This document shows positions 35,917-45,067 of a DNA stretch of 64,000 nt, one piece after another (within the stretch, counting starts at the first letter, position 1; each line of letters starts with the position of its first letter). This stretch comes from an uncultured bacterium (lineage in GTDB: Bacteria > Bacillota > Clostridia > Christensenellales > CAG-917), in NCBI GenBank assembly GCA_949432885.1, contig CASQXY010000002.1, positions 98,252-162,251 on the forward strand, read 5' to 3'. The notes beneath the pieces were generated by a model. It was not told the DNA's origin. It ran no database searches and saw only the letters and a list, made by a program, of their open reading frames with translations. The position numbers were made by a program, and so were the translations under genes.

Positions 35917-37809
35917 ATGAGTAAGGTCATAGACAGCTACGCGTGCTATTTATTCCACGAGGGGACGAATTATCAGGCGTATAAGATGTTTGCGCCCGCA
36001 AAAGGCGTTGAGAATTGCGAGGACGGCTGGTATTTTTCCGTTTGGGCTCCGAACGCCGCAAAAGTCAGCGTAGTCGGCGACTTTAACAACTGGAACGCCG
36101 ACGCGAATTACATGAAGCCGTCCTCGGACGGAATATGGACGGTTTTTATCGCCGGTCTCAAACAATACGACAATTATAAGTACGCTGTGACTTCCAAGAG
36201 CGGAAAGACGGTGTTCAAATGCGACCCCTATGGCTTGCATTTTGAAACCGCGCCTGCAAACGCTTCCAAGCTATACGATATTTCGGGGTATCGCTGGAAG
36301 GATAAGAAGTGGATGAGCGACAGAGCGAACTACAATCCGTACGGAAGTCCGATGAATATTTACGAAATGCACTTCGGAAGCTGGCGCAGATACGAAGACG
36401 GCAATTTCATCAACTATAAGGCGATGGCGGACGAAGTTATACCTTACGTCAAAAAGATGGGCTATACCCACATCGAGATAATGCCGCTTACGGAATATCC
36501 TTTCGAGGGCAGCTGGGGATATCAGGTCACGGGCATGTTTGCGCCCACTTCGCGCTACGGCACACCCAAAGATTTTATGGAATTTGTAGACCGCTGCCAC
36601 AGGGCGGGTATAGGCATAATTTTGGATTGGGTGCTTGCGCATTTTCCGCGCGACGAGCACGGACTGAGCAATTTCGACGGTACGCCGCTTTATGAGTACG
36701 CCGACCCGCGCAAGGGTGAGCATAAGGAGTGGGGCACGAAGGTGTACGATTTCGGCAGGAACGAAGTCAAATCCTTCCTTATCTCTGCGGCTATGTTCTG
36801 GTTTGACGTGTATCACATCGACGGAATACGGTGCGACGCAGTCGCAAGCATGCTCTATCTCGACTACGGCAGAAAGGACGGAGATTGGGAGGCGAACAAG
36901 TACGGCGGCAACTATAACCTAGAAGCCCGCGACTTTTTGAGGCAGATGAACACCGCGATTCTCACCAAGTATCACGGAGCGCTTACGATAGCGGAGGAGT
37001 CCACCGCCTATCCTATGATAACCAAGCCCGCGTACGACGGAGGCTTGGGCTTCAATTTCAAATGGAATATGGGCTGGATGAACGACAGCCTTCATTATCT
37101 GTCACTCGACCCGTTTTTCAGAAAGGACAATCACAACGACCTTACGTTTGCGATAACCTATGCGTACAGCGAGAATTATATCCTGCCTATTTCCCACGAC
37201 GAGGTCGTGCACGGAAAGTGCAGTATGATAAACAAAATCCCCGGAGATTACGACCAAAAGTTCGAGGAGCTCAAAGCGTTTTACGGATATATGATAGGTC
37301 ATCCCGGCAAAAAACTTACGTTTATGGGCGGCGAGTTCGCACAGTTTATAGAGTGGAACTATTCTCAGCAGCTTGATTGGTTCTTGCTCGGCTATCCCAG
37401 ACATAAATCTTTCCAAAAATTCGTAAAGGATTTGAACGAATTTTATCTAGAAAACAAATCGCTTTGGCAGTTGGATTGCAGTTACGACGGGTTCAAATGG
37501 ATAGTCGTAGACGACAACAGCCAAAACATAATATCCTTTATGCGCCGCGCGGCGGACGGAGAGTATGTGATATGTATAGTCAACTTTTCTCCCGTGGAAA
37601 GGCTCAAATATATCATGGGCGTTCCCGAGGGCGTGACGTACAAGGCGGAGCTATTCTCCGCGCTCAAAAAATACGGCGGCGAGGAGGAGAGAAGACCTTC
37701 CTTCCGCGCTACGGCGAAGCCCTCTCACGGTCAGCCTTATTCGATAAAGGTCAATATCCCCAAAAATTCGGTCATGTTCTTAAAGCCCGAATATAAAGAG
37801 AATAAGTAA
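35917..37809 (+). CDS. glgB: 1,4-alpha-glucan branching enzyme
   Basis: 630 aa. GH13 blocks: WGYQVTGMFAP, GIGIILDWVLAHFP, DGIRCDAVASMLY, TIAEESTAYP, ISHDEVVHGK. Confidence 0.95.
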   Translation: MSKVIDSYACYLFHEGTNYQAYKMFAPAKGVENCEDGWYFSVWAPNAAKVSVVGDFNNWNADANYMKPSSDGIWTVFIAGLKQYDNYKYAVTSKSGKTVFKCDPYGLHFETAPANASKLYDISGYRWKDKKWMSDRANYNPYGSPMNIYEMHFGSWRRYEDGNFINYKAMADEVIPYVKKMGYTHIEIMPLTEYPFEGSWGYQVTGMFAPTSRYGTPKDFMEFVDRCHRAGIGIILDWVLAHFPRDEHGLSNFDGTPLYEYADPRKGEHKEWGTKVYDFGRNEVKSFLISAAMFWFDVYHIDGIRCDAVASMLYLDYGRKDGDWEANKYGGNYNLEARDFLRQMNTAILTKYHGALTIAEESTAYPMITKPAYDGGLGFNFKWNMGWMNDSLHYLSLDPFFRKDNHNDLTFAITYAYSENYILPISHDEVVHGKCSMINKIPGDYDQKFEELKAFYGYMIGHPGKKLTFMGGEFAQFIEWNYSQQLDWFLLGYPRHKSFQKFVKDLNEFYLENKSLWQLDCSYDGFKWIVVDDNSQNIISFMRRAADGEYVICIVNFSPVERLKYIMGVPEGVTYKAELFSALKKYGGEEERRPSFRATAKPSHGQPYSIKVNIPKNSVMFLKPEYKENK

Positions 37810-37888
37810 AGAGCGCAAAAAGGACAAACCGCCGCTTGCGGCGATAACAATAAAATAATCTCACAACCCGAAATAAGGAGGAGAAATA

Positions 37889-39085
37889 ATGGGTAAAGTT
37901 TCAAAAAAGGAATGCATTGCGATGCTGCTTGCGGGCGGACAGGGCACGCGACTTGGCGTGCTCACCTCGAACGTGGCAAAGCCTGCCGTTCCTTTCGGTG
38001 CGAAGTACCGCATCATAGATTTTCCGCTGTCGAACAGTATCAACAGCGGCATAGACACAATCGGAGTTCTGACGCAGTACAGACCCTTTGAATTGCACCA
38101 ATATATCGGCAACGGTCAGCCTTGGGACCTCGACAGACTCAGCGGAGGAATATATGTTCTGCCTCCTTATATGGGTGCGAAATCGGGCGAATGGTATAAG
38201 GGCACCGCAAACGCGATTTATCAGAACATAGACTTTATCGACAATTATGACCCCGATTATGTAGTGATTTTGAGCGGAGACCATATTTATAAGATGGATT
38301 ATCACGATATGCTCAAAGACCATAAAAAGAACAACGCCGACTGCACAATCGCGGTGCGCGACGTGCCTATCGAGGAAGCGAGCCGTTTCGGAATCCTCAA
38401 TCTCAGGAAGAATTCCCGTCAGATTGAGGAGTTCGAGGAGAAGCCCAAACAGCCGAGAAGCACAAAGGCTTCCATGGGTATTTATATCTTCACATGGTCC
38501 AAGCTCAGACAGTATCTCGTCGACGACGAAAACGATAAAGACAGCGAAAACGATTTCGGAAAGAACATAATCCCGAAAATGCTTGCCGACAATCAGAGGC
38601 TGTTTGCCTATCAGTTCGACGGCTACTGGAAGGACGTGGGTACGATTTCTTCTCTGTGGGAAGCCAATATGGACGTGCTTCGCGGAAGCGAGCTCAACCT
38701 CGACGACGACAAATGGAAAATATACGCGCGCAATAATGCGGAGCCGCCGCAGTTCATCATGCCGACGGGCAGAGTCAGCAACTGCCTCGTGTCCGAGGGT
38801 ACGCTCGTTAAGGGCACCGTCAAGGACAGCATAATATCGCATTCGGTCACGATAGGCGAAGGGGCGTACGTGGAAGCATCCATAATCATGCCCGGCGCGG
38901 TTATCGAGGACGGGGCGGACGTCAGATATTCGATTATAGGCTGGGACGCCGTTGTAGGAAAGAACGCGATGGTAGGCGAGACTTTGGACGAGTGCAGACC
39001 CGGCGAATGGAAGATAAGCGTAATCGGTCCCGATTACGTGTTGCCCGAGAACGCTGTCGTAGGCGCAAATGAAATGTTGGGCTAA
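37889..39085 (+). CDS. glgC: glucose-1-phosphate adenylyltransferase, catalytic subunit
   Basis: 398 aa. [45 protein letters not shown]-terminal left-handed beta-helix repeats. Confidence 0.95.
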   Translation: MGKVSKKECIAMLLAGGQGTRLGVLTSNVAKPAVPFGAKYRIIDFPLSNSINSGIDTIGVLTQYRPFELHQYIGNGQPWDLDRLSGGIYVLPPYMGAKSGEWYKGTANAIYQNIDFIDNYDPDYVVILSGDHIYKMDYHDMLKDHKKNNADCTIAVRDVPIEEASRFGILNLRKNSRQIEEFEEKPKQPRSTKASMGIYIFTWSKLRQYLVDDENDKDSENDFGKNIIPKMLADNQRLFAYQFDGYWKDVGTISSLWEANMDVLRGSELNLDDDKWKIYARNNAEPPQFIMPTGRVSNCLVSEGTLVKGTVKDSIISHSVTIGEGAYVEASIIMPGAVIEDGADVRYSIIGWDAVVGKNAMVGETLDECRPGEWKISVIGPDYVLPENAVVGANEMLG

Positions 39086-39097
39086 GGAGGGGAGAAT

Positions 39098-40213
39098 ATG
39101 AAAAACCATACAATGAGCGTTCTGTTTGCATCCGACGCGGAAAGTCACCTCAACGATTTGACTATACACCGTACGACCGCGTCTTTGCCGTTCGGCGGAA
39201 GATATCGTCTTATAGACTTCGCGCTTTCCAATCTCGTGAGCGCAAATATCACGACGATAGGTATAATCACTCGCAACAACTATAACTCCCTTATGGACCA
39301 TATCCGTATGGGGCGCGACTGGGATTTGAACAGGAAAAACAGCGGATTGACCGTGTTCCCTCCCTTTGTGTTCAACAGCGCGCACGACGTTTATAAGGGC
39401 AAAATCGAGGCTCTTTATACCTTGCGCGGATTTATGATGAACAACAACGAGGAATACGTCGTCATCGCCAATACCAATATCGCGTTCAACATCGACTTCG
39501 AGGAAGTGGAAAAATTCCATATTGAAAAGGGCGCGGATATCACGGTGCTGACTTATAAGACGGACGATACCAATCCCCGCAAGATTATAATCTCCGAGGA
39601 CAAGAACCACCGTATCACCGATATGCGCTATCCGGTGGCGAGCGACGCAGGCAAACAGAGGTGCAATCTTAACATCTATTTTATAAAGAAGGATTTGCTT
39701 ATTTCGCTTGTGGACAACGCATACGCGCACGGAGCGTACGATTTTGAAAAGGATATACTTCAAAAGAAACTGGACGAGCTTTACATTATGAACTACGAGG
39801 TCAGGGAATACGTCGCCGTTATCGACCGCATACCCACCTACTTCAAGCGCAGTATGGAGCTTCTCGACCCCGAAGTGAGAGATACGCTATTCTATAAGCA
39901 CTCCACAATACTCACAAAAGTCAAGGACAGCGTTCCCGCAAAGTACAAGGCGGGTGCGAACGTCAAAAATTCCATAATTGCCGACGGCTGCGTCATAGAC
40001 GGAACGGTGGAAAATTCCATTCTTTTCAGAAGCGTAAAGGTCGGCAAGGGAGCAGTCATCCGCAATTCCATTATAATGGAGGATTCAATCATAATGGACG
40101 GCGCGACGTTGGATTATACCATAACCGACAAGGACGTCATAATTCAGTCGGGCAGGACGCTGAGCGGATATGAGAGCTATCCTATGGTGGTTGTCAAAGG
40201 CAAAGTGATTTAA
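39098..40213 (+). CDS. glgD: glucose-1-phosphate adenylyltransferase, regulatory GlgD subunit
   Basis: 371 aa. GlgC paralogue lacking the GGxGxRL loop (VLFASDAESHLNDLT...ASLPFGGRYRLIDFALSN), located directly after glgC. Confidence 0.9.
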   Translation: MKNHTMSVLFASDAESHLNDLTIHRTTASLPFGGRYRLIDFALSNLVSANITTIGIITRNNYNSLMDHIRMGRDWDLNRKNSGLTVFPPFVFNSAHDVYKGKIEALYTLRGFMMNNNEEYVVIANTNIAFNIDFEEVEKFHIEKGADITVLTYKTDDTNPRKIIISEDKNHRITDMRYPVASDAGKQRCNLNIYFIKKDLLISLVDNAYAHGAYDFEKDILQKKLDELYIMNYEVREYVAVIDRIPTYFKRSMELLDPEVRDTLFYKHSTILTKVKDSVPAKYKAGANVKNSIIADGCVIDGTVENSILFRSVKVGKGAVIRNSIIMEDSIIMDGATLDYTITDKDVIIQSGRTLSGYESYPMVVVKGKVI

Positions 40214-40215
40214 TT

Positions 40216-40575
40216 GCGCTATTTGGCGATATGCTTTGTCAGAAGCATTTTTGCTCACCGCATATCGTTAATGCAATGACCCCTTTCCGCAGGGTTTCCC
40301 ACAATCGCGTTCTCCCTGCTCATACGGGAGGAACCCATGCTTTATGGGTGACACCTGCGTTCGGGGGCGACAGCATAGAGCACTCATTATTTCACTCGTT
40401 CGGGGCAATAAAACACAGCTTGCCCCTCGCTTGTACAAAGAGCAGTCCTCGAAACCGCGCTCTCCTCGCCCTGCGCGTCGCGGTGCAGTCCCTTGAATAG
40501 CGACTCGTCGTGTACGTCTCCGCATAAGCCGAGTGCAACGGCGGAAAGTGCTTACAAAATCTCAATATAATATAT
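40216..40575 (+). repeat. composite repeat: third copy of the palindromic element, split by copy B (40278-40522) of the long structured element
   Basis: Left flank GCGCTATTTGGCGATATGCTTTGTCAGAAGCATTTT resembles the R1/R2 5' flank GCGCTATTGAGCGAATAACTTTGTCAG. Right flank GAAAGTGCTTACAAAATCTCAATAT resembles the 3' flank CTTTC..GTTCTTCATCTCAATAT. The interior aligns with copy C. Confidence 0.6.
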
Positions 40576-40604
40576 ATCTCAACCTAAAAAAAGAGAGGTA
40601 AATT

Positions 40605-42029
40605 ATGAAAATATTATTCGTTGCGTCCGAAGCGGCGCCGTTCATCAGATCCGGCGGTCTAGGAGACGTCGCGGGCGCGTTGCCAAAGGCGTTCAATCAG
40701 GCGGGTCATGATTGCAGAGTTATCATTCCTTTTTATAAGGAGGAGATAAAGGGCGATTTGCAGAGCAATCTGCGCTATCTCGCGTCCACGTTTGTGGACC
40801 TTAGCTGGCGCCGTCAGTATTGCGGCGTATTTGAAGCCAGATACGACGGGGTGACGTACTATCTCATAGACAACGAATACTACTTCAAGCGCAGGGGATT
40901 GTACGGCCATTTCGACGACGGCGAGAGATTTGCGTTTTTCTCCAAAGCCGTGCTCGAAGTGCTTCCGCTCATCGATTTCTTCCCCGACGTGCTTCACGCC
41001 AACGATTGGCATACCGCGCTTACCCCCGTTTTCCTCGACGTGTTCTACCGATACAGCGAGGATTATCAGAAGATAAAGACGGTGTTTACAATTCACAATA
41101 TTGAGTTTCAAGGCAAGTACGGCACGGAGCTTATGGGAGACATACTCGGATTGCCCGATTGGGCGCGTTCGCTTGTGATGAACGGCGACTGCGTGAACTT
41201 TATGAAGGGCGGCATCGAGTGCTCCAACGCAGTGACTACTGTCAGCGAAACGTATGCGGGAGAAATCCTCGACCCGTTTTATTCCTACGGATTGGAGGGG
41301 ATTCTTTCTCAGCGCCGCTTCAAGCTGCACGGCGTAGTCAACGGTATAGACCAAAAGGAATACGACCCCAAGCACGACAAGCGCCTGTTTGCGCAGTACG
41401 GAATCAAGGACGTCGCGGCGGGTAAGGCGGAAAATAAGAAGTCGCTTTTGGAAATGATAAATCTGCCTTATGACGAAAACCGTCCGCTCGTCGCTATGGT
41501 CACGCGTCTTACGGAGCAGAAGGGTATGGACCTTGTGGGCGCTGTGATAGACGACATCATGCGCGCGGATATTCAAGTGGTTATATTGGGCACGGGAGAC
41601 TGGAAGTACGAAAACATGATAAAAGCCGTCGAAAACAGATATCCCAACAAGTTCAGAGCAATACTCGCGTTCTCGCAGGACCTCGCGAGCAAGATATACG
41701 GCGCAAGCGACCTCTTCCTTATGCCCAGCAAGTTCGAGCCCTGCGGCTTGTCGCAGCTTATCGCAATGAGATACGGCGCAGTGCCTATCGTACGCGAGAC
41801 GGGCGGACTCAAAGACACTGTTCCCGCATACAACGCCGAGACGGGAGAGGGTAAGGGCTTTACCTTCAAGACCTATAACGCTTATGATATGCTCGACGCG
41901 GTATGGCGTTCATACGCGTGCTTCTACGACAAGGCGCAGTGGAGCAAGGTTGTGAAAAACGCAATGAAGTCCGACTACGGTTGGAGCGTCAGCGCGCAGA
42001 AGTATCTTGATATATTCCAGAATATATGA
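40605..42029 (+). CDS. glgA: glycogen synthase (ADP-glucose type)
   Basis: 474 aa. MKILFVASEAAPFIRSGGLGDVAGALPKA, HNIEFQG, SKFEPCGLSQL, GGLKDTV. Confidence 0.95.
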   Translation: MKILFVASEAAPFIRSGGLGDVAGALPKAFNQAGHDCRVIIPFYKEEIKGDLQSNLRYLASTFVDLSWRRQYCGVFEARYDGVTYYLIDNEYYFKRRGLYGHFDDGERFAFFSKAVLEVLPLIDFFPDVLHANDWHTALTPVFLDVFYRYSEDYQKIKTVFTIHNIEFQGKYGTELMGDILGLPDWARSLVMNGDCVNFMKGGIECSNAVTTVSETYAGEILDPFYSYGLEGILSQRRFKLHGVVNGIDQKEYDPKHDKRLFAQYGIKDVAAGKAENKKSLLEMINLPYDENRPLVAMVTRLTEQKGMDLVGAVIDDIMRADIQVVILGTGDWKYENMIKAVENRYPNKFRAILAFSQDLASKIYGASDLFLMPSKFEPCGLSQLIAMRYGAVPIVRETGGLKDTVPAYNAETGEGKGFTFKTYNAYDMLDAVWRSYACFYDKAQWSKVVKNAMKSDYGWSVSAQKYLDIFQNI

Positions 42030-42088
42030 CGTTAAAGCAATATCCGAAAGGACGAAACTGCAATGGCATAAAACTAAATAAAAATTGC

Positions 42089-42116
42089 AAAAAGCCGCGA
42101 TTAACGCGGCTTTTTG
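42089..42116. terminator. bidirectional intrinsic terminator after glgA
   Basis: AAAAAGCCGCG-ATTAA-CGCGGCTTTTT. Confidence 0.8.
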
Positions 42117-42203
42117 TATAAATAAACTATGAAATATGATATTTAATCGCAAAACATGATGCATTTGTTTCGTGATATTTCAAACAAAAGAAGTTTAAAA
42201 ATT

Positions 42204-43015
42204 TTATGCCCTAATATTCTTATCGGAACAGTGGACTACGAGCCGTTTTGTTTTGTGATTCCACTGCTTTCCCTTTTTTATGCCTTTCCACTGTTTGGAC
42301 GTGCCGTCGTAAAAAATATCTCTAAGACACTCGCAAAAATCAAAAGCCAGCCAGCCGATTTCGGTTACGCCCGAAGGAATGGTGACGCTTTTAAGATTGC
42401 TGCATAAAGTGAATGCGGCATTATCTATAAGATTCACTTCGCTCGGAATTTCTACGCTTTCAAGTTGTATGCATGAACTGAACGTTTGCGTTTTCTTAAA
42501 ACATATAAAGATATCGTACGGCTGCGTCGTAGCCTTGATTTTTCTATAAGTGGATTTGGCGGCGATGAGCTTTGCGACAAGCGATTTATAGTTTTCAAGT
42601 CTTTCGCTAGAACAGTTTATCGCGCCTAGATAATTTGGAGAAGTTTCGATGTCGGTGGAAACTATGTCATAAAAGGACGGGAAAGTTTCGCCTTGCGCGT
42701 TCGTCTCGAATATTACGCGCTGCTCGCAAAGGAGAAGCTCCCAATAAACGGAAGATAAGTCGCGGTTTTCGTATTTTTTCAACAAACGGCGGCAGGTAGC
42801 TTCCGCCGCCTTGAAGTTGAGACATTCTCGTAATGTTTGTGCTAGTGTAATAGTTTCAAAGAGCTCGGTATCGGTTTCAAGCTCATAGACGTTATGGTAG
42901 GAACGGCACTCGTAGATATTGTCGGTTGTAAGTTCCAGTCTGCCTCCGCATTAGGGCATTTTCTTTGTTTTAGTTGCTGCAAGACGGTTTCCTCTGTTTT
43001 AGTATATGACGGTAT
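42204..43015 (-). pseudogene. decayed paralogue of the zinc-ribbon/TIR/LRR gene (start lost, frameshift, TIR core and most LRRs deleted)
   Basis: ORF 42204..42785 aligns with aa 79-169 of the 45068..47350 product (VYWELLLCEQRVIFET...PYDIFICFKK). It then jumps directly to a last LRR unit plus cap (DIFYDGTSKQWKGIKKGKQWNHKTKRLVVHCSDKNI). Upstream, KCP (42958-42953) is followed by only 2 nt before CGGRLEL...YECRSYHNVYEL, a 1-nt deletion inside the CPxC zinc knuckle. The codon matching Met1 is ATA (43015-43013). Confidence 0.8.
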
Positions 43016-43130
43016 TATTGCAGCATATCCGACATAAGCAATGCAACGAGGTTTTTCGTTGAAAGGAAACGGATTACCTGTTTTACATTTCTCTTTATGT
43101 TTGTTATAATAAAAAGCAAATTCAAAGGTT

Positions 43131-44903
43131 ATGTCAAATATGAACAATCAAAAAAACAAAGCAAACAATCGTAATTCGAGTCTGCTAAGGAGATTCGTCG
43201 GCTATTACAGACCGCACAGAAAGCTGTTTATCATCGATATGATATGCGCTTTTGTCATATCCGTTTTCAATCTCGTATATCCCTACGTGACCAAGGAAAT
43301 CATCAACAACTACGTGCCCAACAGACTGCTCAATATGCTTATCGTCGGCGCGTGTCTGCTGCTCGGCTTTTACATTCTCAAATCAGTGCTCAACTTCGTG
43401 CTTCAATACTGGGGACACCTCGTGGGCGTGAGAATGCAGGCGGATATGCGCGCCCAGCTTTTCGGACATCTGCAAAAGCTGCCGTTCTCCTACTTCGACA
43501 ACAACAAGACGGGCGTTATAATGAGCAGAATGACAAACGACCTCTTCGAGATATCCGAGCTTGCCCACCACGGTCCGGAAGACGTGTTTCTGTCCTTGGT
43601 GACGATAGTGGGTTCGTTCATTATGCTGGCGTTTATCAACGTATATCTCGCGCTCATAGTGTTCGCATTCATTCCGCTTATAGTGATATGCACGGCGCTT
43701 ATGCGCAAACGTATGAACAGGGTGTTCGGCGAAGTGCGCGTAGTGCAGGGCGAGGTCAATGCGGATATAGAAAGTGCGATATCGGGAGTGCGCGTGTCTC
43801 GCGCATATACCGCGCAGGAGCATGAGAGCGGAAAGTTCGGGCGCGGCAACAAAAAATTCGTCGAGGCGAAGAGCAGACAGTATAGAGTCATGGGCGAGTT
43901 TTTCTCGACGATGATGTTTTTGATGGATTTTCTGTATTTCGCGGTGCTTATCGCGGGAGGTCTTTTCTTCTATTACGGCAAAATCGACGCTGGCGAGTTT
44001 ACCGCGTTCGTGCTGTATATAAGCACGCTCATCACTCCTATAAGAACTCTGACCACTATATTTGAGCAGATACAGGACGGCGCGACGGGATTCAGACGAT
44101 TCTGCGAGATTATGGACATAGAAGAGGAGTCCGAGTGCGAGAATGCCGTTGTTCCCGACAAGCTGAACGGCAATATCGTATTCGACGGAGTTACGTTCGG
44201 TTATGAGGCGTCGGACGGGAAAAATGTCATATCCGATTTCTGTATGAATGTGGAGGCGGGGAAGACAGTTGCGCTGGTGGGACCGTCGGGCGGCGGCAAG
44301 ACGACGATATGTCACCTTATTCCGCGCTTTTACGAAATCGACGGAGGTAGCATAACCATAGACGGTTATGACGTGAAAACGCTCGACAGACAGGCGTTGC
44401 GCAAGAATATCGGCATCGTCCAGCAAGATGTATTTTTGTTCAACGGAACAATAAAGGAAAATATAGCTTACGGTAACTTCGAGGCAAGTGACGAAGAGAT
44501 TATAAATGCGGCAAAGGCGGCGAATATACACGAGTACGTTATGAGTCTTCCCGACGGCTACGAAACGAACGTAGGAGAGAGGGGAGTCAAACTCTCGGGC
44601 GGACAAAAACAGAGGGTGTCCATCGCGCGCGCATTCCTCAAAAATCCGCCGATTTTGATATTGGACGAGGCGACTTCCGCTCTCGACAACGCGACGGAAA
44701 TGCTCATACAGGACGCGCTCAACAAACTGTCGGAAGGCAGAACGACAATTGTCGTCGCGCACAGACTGTCGACTGTGAAGAATGCCGACGAAATAATCGT
44801 CGTCACTCAAAAGGGAGTTGAAGAGCGCGGCAGCCACGAGCAGCTCATCGCCAAAGGCGGACTGTACAAAACTCTCTACGAGTATCAGTTGCTCAACGAG
44901 TGA
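43131..44903 (+). CDS. ABC transporter, fused permease/ATP-binding protein (MsbA/multidrug-exporter type)
   Basis: 590 aa. Six-TM ABC_membrane domain. Walker A GPSGGGKTT, Q-loop IGIVQQDVFLF, signature LSGGQKQR, Walker B ILILDEATSALD, H-loop VVAHRL. Confidence 0.92.
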   Translation: MSNMNNQKNKANNRNSSLLRRFVGYYRPHRKLFIIDMICAFVISVFNLVYPYVTKEIINNYVPNRLLNMLIVGACLLLGFYILKSVLNFVLQYWGHLVGVRMQADMRAQLFGHLQKLPFSYFDNNKTGVIMSRMTNDLFEISELAHHGPEDVFLSLVTIVGSFIMLAFINVYLALIVFAFIPLIVICTALMRKRMNRVFGEVRVVQGEVNADIESAISGVRVSRAYTAQEHESGKFGRGNKKFVEAKSRQYRVMGEFFSTMMFLMDFLYFAVLIAGGLFFYYGKIDAGEFTAFVLYISTLITPIRTLTTIFEQIQDGATGFRRFCEIMDIEEESECENAVVPDKLNGNIVFDGVTFGYEASDGKNVISDFCMNVEAGKTVALVGPSGGGKTTICHLIPRFYEIDGGSITIDGYDVKTLDRQALRKNIGIVQQDVFLFNGTIKENIAYGNFEASDEEIINAAKAANIHEYVMSLPDGYETNVGERGVKLSGGQKQRVSIARAFLKNPPILILDEATSALDNATEMLIQDALNKLSEGRTTIVVAHRLSTVKNADEIIVVTQKGVEERGSHEQLIAKGGLYKTLYEYQLLNE

Positions 44904-44973
44904 CTTATCGATAGCGGTTCATAATTCAGTTATGAGAATTGTAGGATATAATAGAAAACGAAGTTGATGCAAT

Positions 44974-45001
44974 AAAAACCGCAGTTAAACTGCGGTTTTT
45001 G
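44974..45001. terminator. bidirectional intrinsic terminator (ABC / TIR-LRR convergent pair)
   Basis: AAAAACCGCAG-TTAAA-CTGCGGTTTTT. Confidence 0.8.
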
Positions 45002-45067
45002 CTGTATTAAATGCTTTTATATAGCAAATCATATGATTGATACTGAGTGAATAATAGACAACTTATA

